DNA of 64,000 nucleotides from the NCBI GenBank assembly GCA_043228905.1, contig JBHGNT010000009.1, positions 20,398,001-20,462,000 of the forward strand. Reading direction: 5' to 3'. Of this stretch, positions 1 to 12,500 are shown piece after piece. This DNA comes from Azolla caroliniana (Eukaryota; Plantae; Polypodiophyta). Numbering within the stretch: position 1 is the first letter of the stretch; each line of letters opens with the position of its first letter. The notes under the pieces were generated by a model, which was not told where the DNA came from, did not search any database, and saw only the letters and a list, made by a program, of their open reading frames with translations. The position numbers and the translations under genes are program-made.

Positions 1-429
1 GAAACACATTGCAGATTTGCAGCCTTCAGCCGACTTGGTCTAATAACCATTCGGTCTCGTACCATTGCGTTTTTCCTGTTTCATATTTTAGGAATGCACT
101 CCAGATTTACAGCCATCTTGATTGGTCCAACTTGATAGGAAGAAAAAGGGGGAGGGTATATCCGATTTTAAAAGTAATCTCAACTCATAATATTGATAGC
201 CTAACTAGCCCAAAATGAACTTCATGACACTGATATGCAAAATAATTAGGGAAGCATTTGATGTATACCCGATCACATACTCTAAATGCAAAAACGGGAA
301 TGTGGTAGAACATCAGAGAGAAATGTGGCCTATGCAGTTTGAACAAGCTAGAGTGTCAAAATCTATATAAATAGGACGCTATATTGACTAGCTACCAAAT
401 CCACCTCTTTGTAGAAATAGGTTGCTATT

Positions 430-775
430 TTTCTCATGTCCCCATCTAAACATGACCAAAGTGGAAAAGAAGAGAGTGATCCAAACTGATACTATTAACT
501 TGGAAAACAAGATAACATGGCCCCAAAGCATCTCTTTCTTAGTAGGAAGATGGCCTACTATAAGACACTTTTTACAGTCATCGGAGGATGGATTCATCAT
601 CAGACCATCTTATATGGACATACATCTATCCTATCCACTGTGCAGTGTGGCAGGGCAGCTGTGAATTTCATCACATAAGTTAGAGATTGAGGTAGGCAGA
701 TGTGCACAAATACCTCTAGAAGAACAAATATTTCGATTGTGTCATCAGGAAGTGGAATCTGAAGAACACTAAGAT
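430..775 (+). mobile_element. Degraded RTE-X-type LINE ORF2 C-terminal fragment
   Basis: Translation HLNMTKVEKKRVIQTD...RPSYMDIHLSYPLCSVAGQL*ISSHKLEIEVGR...CHQEVESEEH is nearly collinear with the 3' end of the long LINE at 10733-11505 (opposite strand). Confidence 0.8.
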
Positions 776-873
776 TTTTCATCTTTCTTTTCATCTGTGT
801 AGATCAGTTGGGGCTGAATAGATGAGTTGGTATTGTATGAGATGGGAGTCCACATACAGATTCTCTAAGACAT

Positions 874-3149
874 TGTTGTCACTGTCGACTGAAACAAAGA
901 GTTGAACGTCAAGTGGATTGTGATTAGGAATGGAATCTTTCCGGCTTTACTTAATGCTTTCTTAAACGTAGTAACACATGATACCGATATTAATTTATCA
1001 TACTTAATTAATACGACTATGGAATACTATTCTGTTCGACTGTCAATTATATATATATAATCTGCCTAACAGAGATACTGAACAACAGTACACAACACAG
1101 CATATACTCTAGCTACATAAATTATATTACTTATAACCAAAACAGACCGATGTTGTTACAATGCTCTCGGTCCCTTTTTATAGGTGACCTGAGAGACTCT
1201 TCCAAGATAATACACTTGCCATTCGGCAAGAACCTACAGTTACACTGTCCTATTTTTTAACTATTCTATTTTCTTACTCGGCTAAAAATACTATTTCGGC
1301 TACTTCCTTTACCATTAGTCCTTTTACGATTACGACTCCGACTAGTTTGTTGACCCGGCTTCGTCATTGTTCCAATCTTCGTGGTCATGTTCGTTCTGGT
1401 CGTTGTCCTCAGGCTCGTCTTCGTCGGCATCCTCATTCAAAATATCCAGCAAATTCGGTTCTTTTTCTTCCTGATCTTCATTTTGGTGAAAGTCGTCCGG
1501 AGTTTGCTGATCTTCTGTTTGATGTGAATGCTAAGCCCTCATAGGGGACTCTCTTCTTCTCCTGATCATCGTCCGTCCTAGGCTTGTTGTGGTGCGTCTG
1601 GTCTTCCTTAGGATCAGCTTGGTTTGCCTGTGGCGCTGTATGCAGCTGGTCTTGTTGTAACATTTCAGCTTCTTTGGGGTTAACAGTTGCCTCGCCTGTT
1701 CGGATTGCTGCGATGTGTCGTCGTTGCTCTCCTCAGTTGCTTGCTGCTAACTTTCCTTTTGACGACATTCCTTCTCAGAGGAGTCAAGTTCTAACGCAAG
1801 TTGAATTTGTTGGTCGTCGTATTCTTCCAGTAACTTGGTACTTTCCTCCATATGGTGGCTTGCCAGTTCGTAGAAATCCCCTGACAACTCATCTTGAACA
1901 GTGGTCAGGTTTGCTTCATCCATCTTGAAAAATTCCTCACCTTTCTTTTTCCTGTTTTTGTGGTCGGTCCACAATAATTGCAACTCAGCTGCTTGAGTTG
2001 ACCACTTCTTCCAGCCGTTTTGCAGAGCCTCTGTGATTGCCTGATGCATCGTCCTCTTGTGTCGGTTCAATATGGCTTGTACTTTTTCCTCCCCCATGCT
2101 GAGCTGATACTTTAGAACACTCATTTCATTTTTTAGTTCCTCTTGTCAAGCTGCTGCTGAGTCGTGCTCAAACTGCAGTTTCGCTTCCGCCACCATGAGT
2201 GCGGTTCGCAACTGTTCATATTTATCCGTGAGCTGTTTGTAGTGTTGAGTCATGTCCTCCTTTTCTGCTTCGAATCTAGCTATGTGTTGTTGACATAACT
2301 CCTCCTGTGCTTTAAGATGCCCGTTGAGATCATCTATTATTCTTTGCTTCCTGCGAAAATGTATTTTGAGTGCTGTGTGTTGATCATTGAGTTGATCAAA
2401 CTCCTCCTTCTGGGTTTGAAGCGTGTCTTGGAGTTGTTTCTGGAACCCTTCCATTTATTAATGCCCCCTTCGGAGTCAGTCTCTCATCCTTTGCACTTCA
2501 GTGTCCGCCTCCTGTAGGATGGTCTGTACTAGGTTGATTGGGCGACATCCATTCTCCTTGTTCTCTGTTTGTAACAGATGTAACCGGGCGTGCCAAAATA
2601 TTGTGTTGTCACTGTCAACTAAAACAAAGAGTTGAACGTCTTAATCACCAAGTCGTTCTATCAAGTGGATTGTGATTAGGAATGGAATCTTTCCGGCTTT
2701 ACTTAATGCTTTCTTAAACGTAGTAACACAGGATACCGAGATTAATTTATCATACTTAATTAATACGACTATGGAATACAATTCTGTTCGATTGTCAATT
2801 ATATATATAATCTATGTATAGAGATACTGAACATCAGTACACAACATAGCATATACTCTAACTACACAAATTATATTACTTATAACCAAAACAGACCGAT
2901 GTTGTTACAATGCTCTCGGTCCCTTTTATAGGCGACTTGAGAGACTCTTCCAAGATAATACACTTGCCGTTCGGCAAGAACCTACACTTTCACCAACTGT
3001 CCTATTTTTTAATTAGTCTATTTTCTTACTTGGCTAAAAATACTATTTCGGCTACTTCCTTTCCCATTAGTCCTTTTACGACTCCGACTCCGACTCCGAC
3101 CCCGACTAGCTTGTCGACCCGTATACTTTGGCCAGCCGACCGGCTACCA
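874..3149 (-). mobile_element. Internally deleted (non-autonomous) LTR retrotransposon, gypsy Tat/Athila-like PBS
   Basis: Direct repeats at 874-~1359 and 2604-3149; TG...CA termini; perfect 5-bp TSD GACAT at 869-873 and 3150-3154; PBS-like TGGCACGCCCGGT (minus strand, 2595-2583) just inside the 5' LTR; no pol. Confidence 0.9.
1747..2570 (-). pseudogene. Decayed coiled-coil ORF inside the LTR element
   Basis: ORFs 2146-2454 and 1747-2124 are in the same frame and Q/E/K-rich; the frame continues upstream (ENKENGCRPINLVQTILQEADTEVQRMRD*LRRGH**MEGFQ) through TGA/TAA stops compatible with CGA/CAA C-to-T changes. Confidence 0.65.
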
Positions 3150-3588
3150 GACATTGCCATAGCTATGGCTATATCTCCCAATATAGAACTTTCTTTTTAT
3201 TCGTGGAACGAAATTTCTCCTAGCACATTCCCATACAGGTGAGTTAGAGTGTTCTAGAAGCGTTGGTGTATTCTCTGACTCCAAATCAATGGATATAGAA
3301 ATCTAGAGGCCTTTTACCTAGCTTAAACAGCGTTTTCTAAAATAGTGGGGGCATTGTTTTGCTTGCAAGTTGAACGAGACATTCACTCCCATTTTGTATT
3401 TCAAACTGCCTGTATGCTGGGCTGCAGAATAGTTTAGGATGTGTGACATAGCATTCACCTTTGTTGGAATGACCATTTGAAGATATATTATCTTAAAATT
3501 GTTCAGCATTTAAAGCATATAAATCAACTAATTCAAATTGAAAAAATGCTTTCATGTTTTGTTGAAACAATTTATGAGCTGTTGATAG

Positions 3589-6500
3589 AATGAGGTTAGC
3601 TGTGTTGCATGCTTAGAAGAAGGTAAAGTCAAATTTGTTGGTGCTGGAGGTTGGAATGGAAAGGTGAGTTTGTCTAGACTTTAATATATTCTAAGATCTT
3701 AAATAGTAATTTATTATTGTTATTATATAAAACGAATAGTTGTAGGTCTGTATATGGGGAGATGGTGTCAAAGAGAGAGAAATGGTTGAACATGTTACTC
3801 GAGGTCATTCTGATGATATTATATGCATGGCTATATTCCCTCCTAATTGTTTTGCAACTGGAAGCTATGATGGGAAGGTATGATTTCCAGTTTTTTGAAA
3901 AAATTATGAAATTTTCAGTAATACAAAATACTGGGTTAGTGTTGTGGATTGTCAGGTAGTAATTACGATTAGATTCCATATAGAATCAAAATTCTCCTTA
4001 TTCAATTTATTCTAATTTTCATGGAAAATAATTTGGTTCTGGCATGAATCAGTTAATTTCTTTCTGATTATTTCTCTAAATGTTTTGGTAGTGAATGCAA
4101 TCAGATTTCCTATAAATTTATTTGTGCTTGAAGTTTTTCTCACTGTTTTAATTTTCATCAAAAATAATCTGCTACTTGCAAGAATCAAATTTATTACTCC
4201 AAATTTATTTGTGCTGAATTGCTAATGTTTTGATGGCTGCCAAGAACTCAAATATAACATATTAACTAAATTTCAGGTGATTGTTTGGAAGGTGGATGGT
4301 GTGATTAGATGTGTTCTTCAAGCTTCTGATCTTCATTCAAATGAGAATATTTGTAATCCTATAACGAGCCTGTTAACCTTGCCTATGGTATTGCTTTCTC
4401 CTTTAATATGACATTAGGAGAACTAATTATCATTAAAAATGTATTTGGGTTACTTTTATATTTACTGTGTAATATTTATTTTATTTTGATTTGTTCTCAA
4501 AGACGAGACAACACTTAAAATTTAATCTCTTATTTGGTCCTATAGGACATTTTGGCCTCTTAAAATACGTTAATATATCTTTCTTTCTTTCTTTTGTCCT
4601 ACAGAAGTCTTCTCCAAGAATGTGTGATCAGTTGAAATAAAATATCTTTCTTTGGATAAGAAATTAAGATTGTAATTTTTTTTGCTTGTACCTAGAAACT
4701 CTAGAAATATATGCTGATTAAATAATCTTTAGGAAGATTATAAAAGAGTCTGGTATGCAGCATATTTGTTCTGTGATGTTCTGCTCAACCATTTAACTCC
4801 AACATGAAAGCTGACAAAATAAACCATACCATAGTTAACTCCTGACGCAGTGAAAACAAGGATTCACATAAAATAGCTGCTTCAGTCAATTTAGGCCTAC
4901 CCCAGAAGAACAACTTGTAAACAAAATTGTGTTTTCAGAATATGATGTAATGTATAAGTATATAAATATTATAATATATTTATATTAATACCAAATTGGT
5001 CTATGAGACAGGACCAGGTTAACATTATGAGCTTATATGAACTGAAACTTCAATTGAGAAAGTTGTAGAATTGCTAAGTTCCATGTATTCGTGTCTTTTA
5101 CTCATATAAAGAAGGAATTTAATTTTCGTTTTCTCTATATATAATTGCTCTCTAGGAGAAAGTGTTGATTAGTGTTTCTGCACATGGATATATCTACTTT
5201 TGGAAAGTTCCTGAACCTAAACCTGTAAGTTTGGAATTTTTTCAGTATTTCGAAAAGCAAAACATCAAGAAATATTGTTAGATTGAAAATTTATGTGGAG
5301 TTGCAAAAGAATGCCTGGAGTAAAACTAAAATACAAAATAGAAAACTAGCTGAAACTTCAGGATAGGCTATATGGGCAACTGAATACAAGGATGTAAGAC
5401 CCTGAACCTATCTCAGTTGCATTTGAGAGATTAATAGATTCCTTCAAATGCAGCCTTGGGAATTTTAAAGATTTTGCAGATTTCTTTTGATCTCATACTC
5501 CTTCACGCGCATACAAAGACATCTAGAATCTCTACATGCATTTTATGAAGAAAAAAATCTACTTGAGAACCTTTGTAAGGCAAAATTTATGATATTTAAT
5601 ACAACTGAAGCATGGGTGAATAGGTTCGATCACGAATTCCTATTTTGTAGACTGCCAGTAATGTACATCAACCTATGTATATGGGAACCTTGAAGGAGGC
5701 ATGCACAACCAGTGTCTCCAGAGGAATGCAGCTTTGGGAATACCTGAGAGATGTTGTGCTTATGTACAATTACAAGGGCTACATAACAGGATATGGTTGT
5801 TAAATACATTGGTCACACCCACCTCTTGAATGCAGCAGAGATATGGGCACCTGGCTTCTGAAATGTAGACAATTGAAGAAACAATGAAAAGTTGTTAGCC
5901 ACGATGATTGCCTGCATGATAGGAGCAAAACATCAGTATCTCATGAGATAATAAGAGCTGATTTAGGAGCAGCAGTCAAAGAGGCAGGTTTTCATTGAAT
6001 TTTGCAGGTACTTCTCATCTATAAATTGGCAGAGGAAAGATTGGGATTCATTAATGGAAGATTGGTGCGAAGTACATGACGTGGATATGGTTGCACTCCC
6101 ACCAATTAAAGAGTATAGCCTTGATTGTCCAGTTTTGAATATGACTGAGTTAAAGAGAAATAAAGTAGGATAAGTGCAGCTAGGCTGGAAAAGGACCAAT
6201 TCTAAATTCTGCTTCATATGTATGTCCTTGCATGGTTATATTATTCAGGCCAAGTATATGGAGAAACAAAGATCACAGGCCATTTGCATTGCCATAGGGC
6301 ATATCTAATATCATCTGATCAGCAGACAATTTTAATTTTTGTCAGCTCTCCTAGGCCATTATCATCTTTTAGAGACATTAATATATTGTTCTTTCCTTCT
6401 TGTTGCATTTTCAGGTGTATGAAGCTTCACTTGGACATGTAGCTCAACCAGGTCCAATGTGCGTTGATTTCAAGAACCAGGTAAGCTACCATTGCAACAT

Positions 6501-9500
6501 TGTACCAGTAAAGTAGAAAAAAGAAAGATACATTAGCGTCTTTTTAAGAGGCTGAAATGGCCTATAAGAAAAACCAAGATTACAGCAAAAGAAATGTGAC
6601 TAAGTAAAAAGTAAATAAATAAAACGTGACAAAATGTAAAGAATCTAACTCTCGTAGAGTTTGAGTATGTGGAAGCGTAGTGCGTGTGTGAGCAAGAGAA
6701 GGAATCAGAGAAAATAACCTGAAATAATAAAATACACAGTACGGGGATGATAGCCTATGCACTGAAGAAGACAGAAAGATATATTAACGTCTTTTAAGAG
6801 GCCAAAATGGCCTATAAGACCAAACAAGATATTACATCTTAAGTGTTGTCTCGTCTTTGAGAACAACAAATCAAAAAAATAAGTAAATAATGCACCTTAA
6901 AGATAAAAGTATATAAGATAAAAAGAGACGAGGGAATCTGGTTTTCGGCACATGTGAGATTCTCAAGTTAGATATATTGTAGCTTTTGTCTTTGAAAGAT
7001 CTCAAGCATAGGTCGATCCAGAATGGAAATGTCTCCGAAGCGAGGGAAGCACCTGTGATGGCGGGAGATAATGGGCCAAGGAGGTTTTATATACAAGTGC
7101 TCAAGGGTCTACCACATTATTTGTAGTTGGTGGAATCTACTCATAGATATCTACTCCAGTACGATTCTGTCATCGAATATATGATATTCTTTGAAAACTA
7201 ATTAGATATCACAATCTAATTCTTCGTGTAATTAGATAATTGACATGGAGGCATCATGGGGTTTCCACTCTTGAGGATTGGCACAATGGTATGCTGAGTC
7301 CATCTAGTAGGGAAACCGTCACATATGGCTCTATTAAAGATGTGTGCTAGCATGAGAACAAGGTGTCACGGCCATAGATAAAGCACTGACCAACCAATCC
7401 ATCATGATCCAGGGCCTTCCCAAATTGTGGAGTAAAAAAGGTGGATTCATGTGGGGGTGAGCCATGTGGGTGGGGAAGAGGAGGTTGCCCCAAGATATCA
7501 TATAGGACCTTTGCATATTCATGCCACACCAGAGGTGAGGCCACTTCTGTGGTAGTTTGCCTCTCATTAAACATTTTCATGCTCTTGTCCTAAAAACAAG
7601 CGATACAAATGATCTTCAAATTTAGCTAAATACAATCTCTTCTTCTTCCTTACGAGGCGTTGGAAGGTTGCTCTTGCTTGTTTGTGTGTATAGATTCCCC
7701 GAGTTACTTCACGTTGCAAGCATCTCCTTGTATCACGACATTCCTCATCATACCAACTATTTTGTATTACTCTACCAAGTTTGGAGGGGATTGGCTGTTG
7801 TGTGAGGAAATGCATTTGTGTCTGCTTTATGCAATGATTTTGGCAATCCTTGGGTAATTTCATCAAGGGGTGCGAAAGGATCCAAATCTAGCATGCCATT
7901 GTATACTCCACAACTATACACATCAATTGTCTCGCGAGTAAATCGATACTTAGCCAGCTCACTCTCCTTAGCGTATACATCATCCATCCTTTACCTCAAA
8001 GTGTAGATATGCATGATTTGTTGCCAAGCCAATAGGTCCACCAGATATAGTGAACTCTTTCATTTCAGCTATAAAAGATGGAGATCCCATTAGATAATTG
8101 ACTGTGCTTGCACCTCCTTTTGGTTCCAACATGTCAGAGCATCCAATCCAGGTCATTCGAAAACTAAGGATGAACAAACAACTACTGCAAACACTGCAAA
8201 TACTGATGATGTGAATTATTCGAAAACCTAGGAAAATCTATGAATTTTGTGATTTTAAGATGCTTCTTTATCTGGAGATTTGGATATAGGTTACATCATC
8301 AGAAAACAATATCACAAACCTCATAATTTTCATGCTTTCAAAATTCCTTTTTATAGATTCGAAAATTTCAAGCTGATATATGGCTTTGTGCTTGATAATC
8401 AGATTCTCTTTACATCAGACATAAAAGGATATGTTAAGGCATGGACAATGAAGGAACTAATATTTTCAAAAGAGAGCGTTGATTCAAAGTTATCAGAATT
8501 ATTTTGTTTCCGTGCACATCATGGAACAATTGTGAGTATCCATAGCAAAAGCCAGGTTTTAACTTGTCTTTTTCACCAGTTCCATGGTGAATTATGATCT
8601 TAACTGATAACAAGTATCAAATGTTTGAATATTGACGCCAATCACTATGACTCAAGACATAATGGTGCTCTGATTGAGTTTGTTTTCCATACTTTTCAGG
8701 TTTCCATGATTTTTATAGAGGAGAAGAAACTGATTCTCACAGCATCTATTTTCTTTGCTTGGTATACGTTCGTTAATGCATAAACTTGGAGCAAATGTAT
8801 CGTTCTATCATATGAACTTTTTAACAAATATAAATACTGGTTTCACATAATTGTGAATGACCAGAATTTCCATGATCATATTTAGTAAGCTCAGTGTTCA
8901 CACACTTGGCTTTTATTCTTGTAAATGGAGGAATTCATTTATGATGACAATCCGGTCCCCAAGATAATGACTACAAGTTATAGTTGGTAGTAGGTACTTG
9001 GATACTCATGCAACCAACTCAAAAACTTCAAACATAAAACTCGTACCATGAAGGTGAATGAGTGCATGTAAAATATACCCTATATACTGGAATGCCACAT
9101 AGGTCACATCTCATTGTTCTAAAAACGTCATATTATATGTTTTCATTTTATCTCTCTGCATCTAAAGGATATATGTGCTCTTTACAGTCAGATTAAAATT
9201 TAAATGGCATAATATGTTTGAGTGTTAATTTATTATATTTTTATGTCAAACTGCAAATATTTTCAGCCGATTATGGACAGACACAGGAATCAAGATAGGC
9301 CAGTTTGGACAATCAAATACATGGAATTTACAGGTACCTGAAACATGGGCAAAGAAGAATCCTTCTTATATAGCGAACATTCCTCAAGCGCAAGATTTTG
9401 ATTCTATATCCAGCAGTACCCGCTCAAGCTCAAGAATTAGCACTAGTGCGTCTTCAGGAAGATGTTCCAGCAACAGTAGACAAACCAGTAGGGGAAGTGG

Positions 9501-12500
9501 CAGTAGTGCACCCTTGGTAATAACTTCAGAAAATGAAGAAATTGATGACGAAAATCGAGATACTTCATTGAAATGTCAAAGTTTTAGGTCAGTCACATTT
9601 TCTGTCCTGTGATTATTCTCATGTAGAAATGTATGTGGATGTATTTGATTATTTTTGGCATATGGCATACTGTACTGTATGGATATGCCTTACATTTATA
9701 AGAATTCAATCGGATGCCAGTCTTCTAGCAATAGATTGCCAAAAGTCTATGAAGTCAATCAATAGTAGAACTGAAGTGAGAGGCGGGTTCTTTCACCAAT
9801 TATTTTTGTTAATTTTGGCAGATTCCATCCAATTCATGGTTTGTATTAGCAAGTTCTACCAATGAAATAGGTAGAATGACGGGAAATATAAAGGAGGCAA
9901 GGGTTTTTATTAGCAAATGGAGTGGAACCCCCCTTTTTATGCATTTCATGTGTTCGATCTCATGAGCCTCAGAAAAGATATTAAATGTCTCTCTGTCCAT
10001 TATCCTACACCTTAGACAAGGTGCTTCCCTCGCTTCCAAGACCTCACCATCTTGGGTCAGCCAAAGTGGCAATCTTTTGAAGGCTGAAGTTTAGAATAAT
10101 TAAGTGATTAGCTAACAAGATTCTCTAGCGTCTTAGGAAGTTTGGACTCAGAGGCCATTTTGGTTGGTGTTCTCTACTTTTGCTGTGTTTATTTTAGAGC
10201 AGACAATGTTTTCAGATGTAATCTCTCATTCAGTGTCATAGGAAAATTTGTCCATATAAAGGATGTTAATGTGCCTTTCTTTTTTGTTAAGTACCTTCCG
10301 TTCTGGAAAAGAACCGCGAAGACGAAAGCTTAAAAGGAACACTAGAAAAAGGGGGATAGAGTAAATCTCACCAAAAACTAGAAGGCAAATGGCCACTCCT
10401 AAATGTCTTTTAAGAAAGAAAGAAAGAAGATATATTAACATCTTTTAAGAGGCCAAAATGGCCTATGAGACCAAATAAGAGATTACATCTTGAGTGTTGT
10501 CTCGTCTTTGAGAACAAATCAAAATAAAATAAATATTACACAGTAAATATAAAAGTAAATAACATGAAAAGAGAAGAAACGAGGGAATCTGGTTTTTGGC
10601 ACATGTAAGATTCTCAAATTAGGTATATTGTAGCATTTGTCTTTGAAAGATCTCTAGCATAGGTCTATCCAGAATAGAAATTTCTCCGAAGCGAGGGAAG
10701 CACCTACTATGGCAGGAGATAATGGCTTTTATCTATCGATGACAAGGGTGTCGAGGTCGTGGTCTATGGGGCCGGGGCCTACGTGCACGGCAAATTGCTA
10801 TTGCCCGATCAATTGTAACCCCTTTGTTATGTCCTGGTCTGGAGCTCATTTGTGTATCCCGCGATGGACTTCTAGCATTAGTAGGAGTGATGGGGCTAAA
10901 TAAAGTTGCGATTGTGCGTTGTGGATGAGCTTGTGTGGCTGTATTCTTCAATAACTTTTCCTGATGTCTCTTGACCTCTAGCAAGAAAAGTCCTAGGCAT
11001 CGTTGGTCCTCATATTCCACTACCTTGCGTAGTGGGTCAAAGCCTTGTTTAAAGAGGCAATGGTATCTCCCTCTGATTTCATAAAAGACACTAAAATGAC
11101 AAACATAGTGTTCCTCAGATTCCACTCCTTGATGACACAATTGGCAAATTCTCTCTTCTAGAGGTAGTCGTGTATATCTGCCTACTTCAATCTGTAGCTG
11201 ATGTGATGAAGTTCGCAGCTGCCCTATCACAATACACAGTGCATAGGATAGATGTATGTCCATATAAGGTGGCCTGATGACGAATCCATCCTCCGATGTA
11301 TGTAAGAAGTGTATCTTATAGTGGGCCATCTTTGTGCTAAGTGGTATTTTGGGCTGATCCATGTTATCTTGTTTTCCAAGTTAATAATATCAGTTTGGAT
11401 CACTCTATTCTTTTCCACTTTCGTCATATTTAGGTGGGGCCAGTCCAAGCTATATATTGGAACGGGGGTAGTGCATTTATACTCATGCCATGTGACTCGA
11501 ACCATTGCTGCATTTCAGCATACCAACAATGAGTGTCTCCATTTTCACCCAGTTGTCTTGATGACATTAGTGCCAACCTTGGGTACCTTCGTTTAGAGAG
11601 CTCCCAAAGACGTTAGATAAATGTCACTGATTGGAACAATGCCTTGGTTATTATAGGTGCTGCTCCCATCTCTGCCCGGATTATATCGTGGGGCACCGAT
11701 GCTTTGCTCCTTATCATGCGAGCAATCATTGACACTAAAGGTCTCTCTAAATCGTTCTAATGATTTGGCTTGTTAAGACTTGATCCCCATGTTTCTACTC
11801 CATAGAGAAGAGTTGGTGTGACAAGTGTATCAAATAACCATAGCTTAGTCCGTGGCTCTTGGAACTGCAAATGTGCACATTGTCTCTCGAGAGCACCAAG
11901 GGCTGCATATCCACGAGAAAGTCGAGCACAAGCAGCCTCCTGTAAGGAGAACCTAGGTCCTGTAAATGTTACTCCTAGGTATGTGTAGGAGCGTGTGTAT
12001 TCTACCTTTTCCTCTCCCAAGAAGAATTCTGGTTCTGATCGTGTTACCTATGCTTGAGTGGTGTTAAAAACCATCACTTTAGTTTTGTCCATGTTGATTG
12101 ACAAACCTTTGTCCGTACAAAATAGTTTTAAGGCATTTAGATGTCTTTGTAGTCCCTCCAGAGAGTCAGAAATGAGCACAATGGCATCAGCATATAGTAA
12201 TATTTGTATAGCAATACCTGCTAGGTGTGCTCCGGAACCTCCGAATCTCTCCAATTGTCTATATAGAGACCGAAGAGAGTGGGGGATAGTGGGCATCCTT
12301 GCTTCACTCGAATTGTGCTAGCCACCGCCTTTGACAAGCCCTTGGGAGACCGCACTTTTCATGACACGGATTCATAGAGTGCATAGACTCCCCATTGCAT
12401 ATATGTAGGAACACCAAGGGCTTCTAGTCGCTACATAAGTCGAGCACGTGGTAGTGTCAAAGGCTTTTCGGAAATCCAAAAAGCAGCAATAAATCCTCTT

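Noticed and set aside
92-173. Possible further upstream exon of the WD40 gene (AG...GTAATC, open frame NALQIYSHLDW...)
   Set aside because: The phase is compatible but there is no WD motif support, so it was left out of the model.
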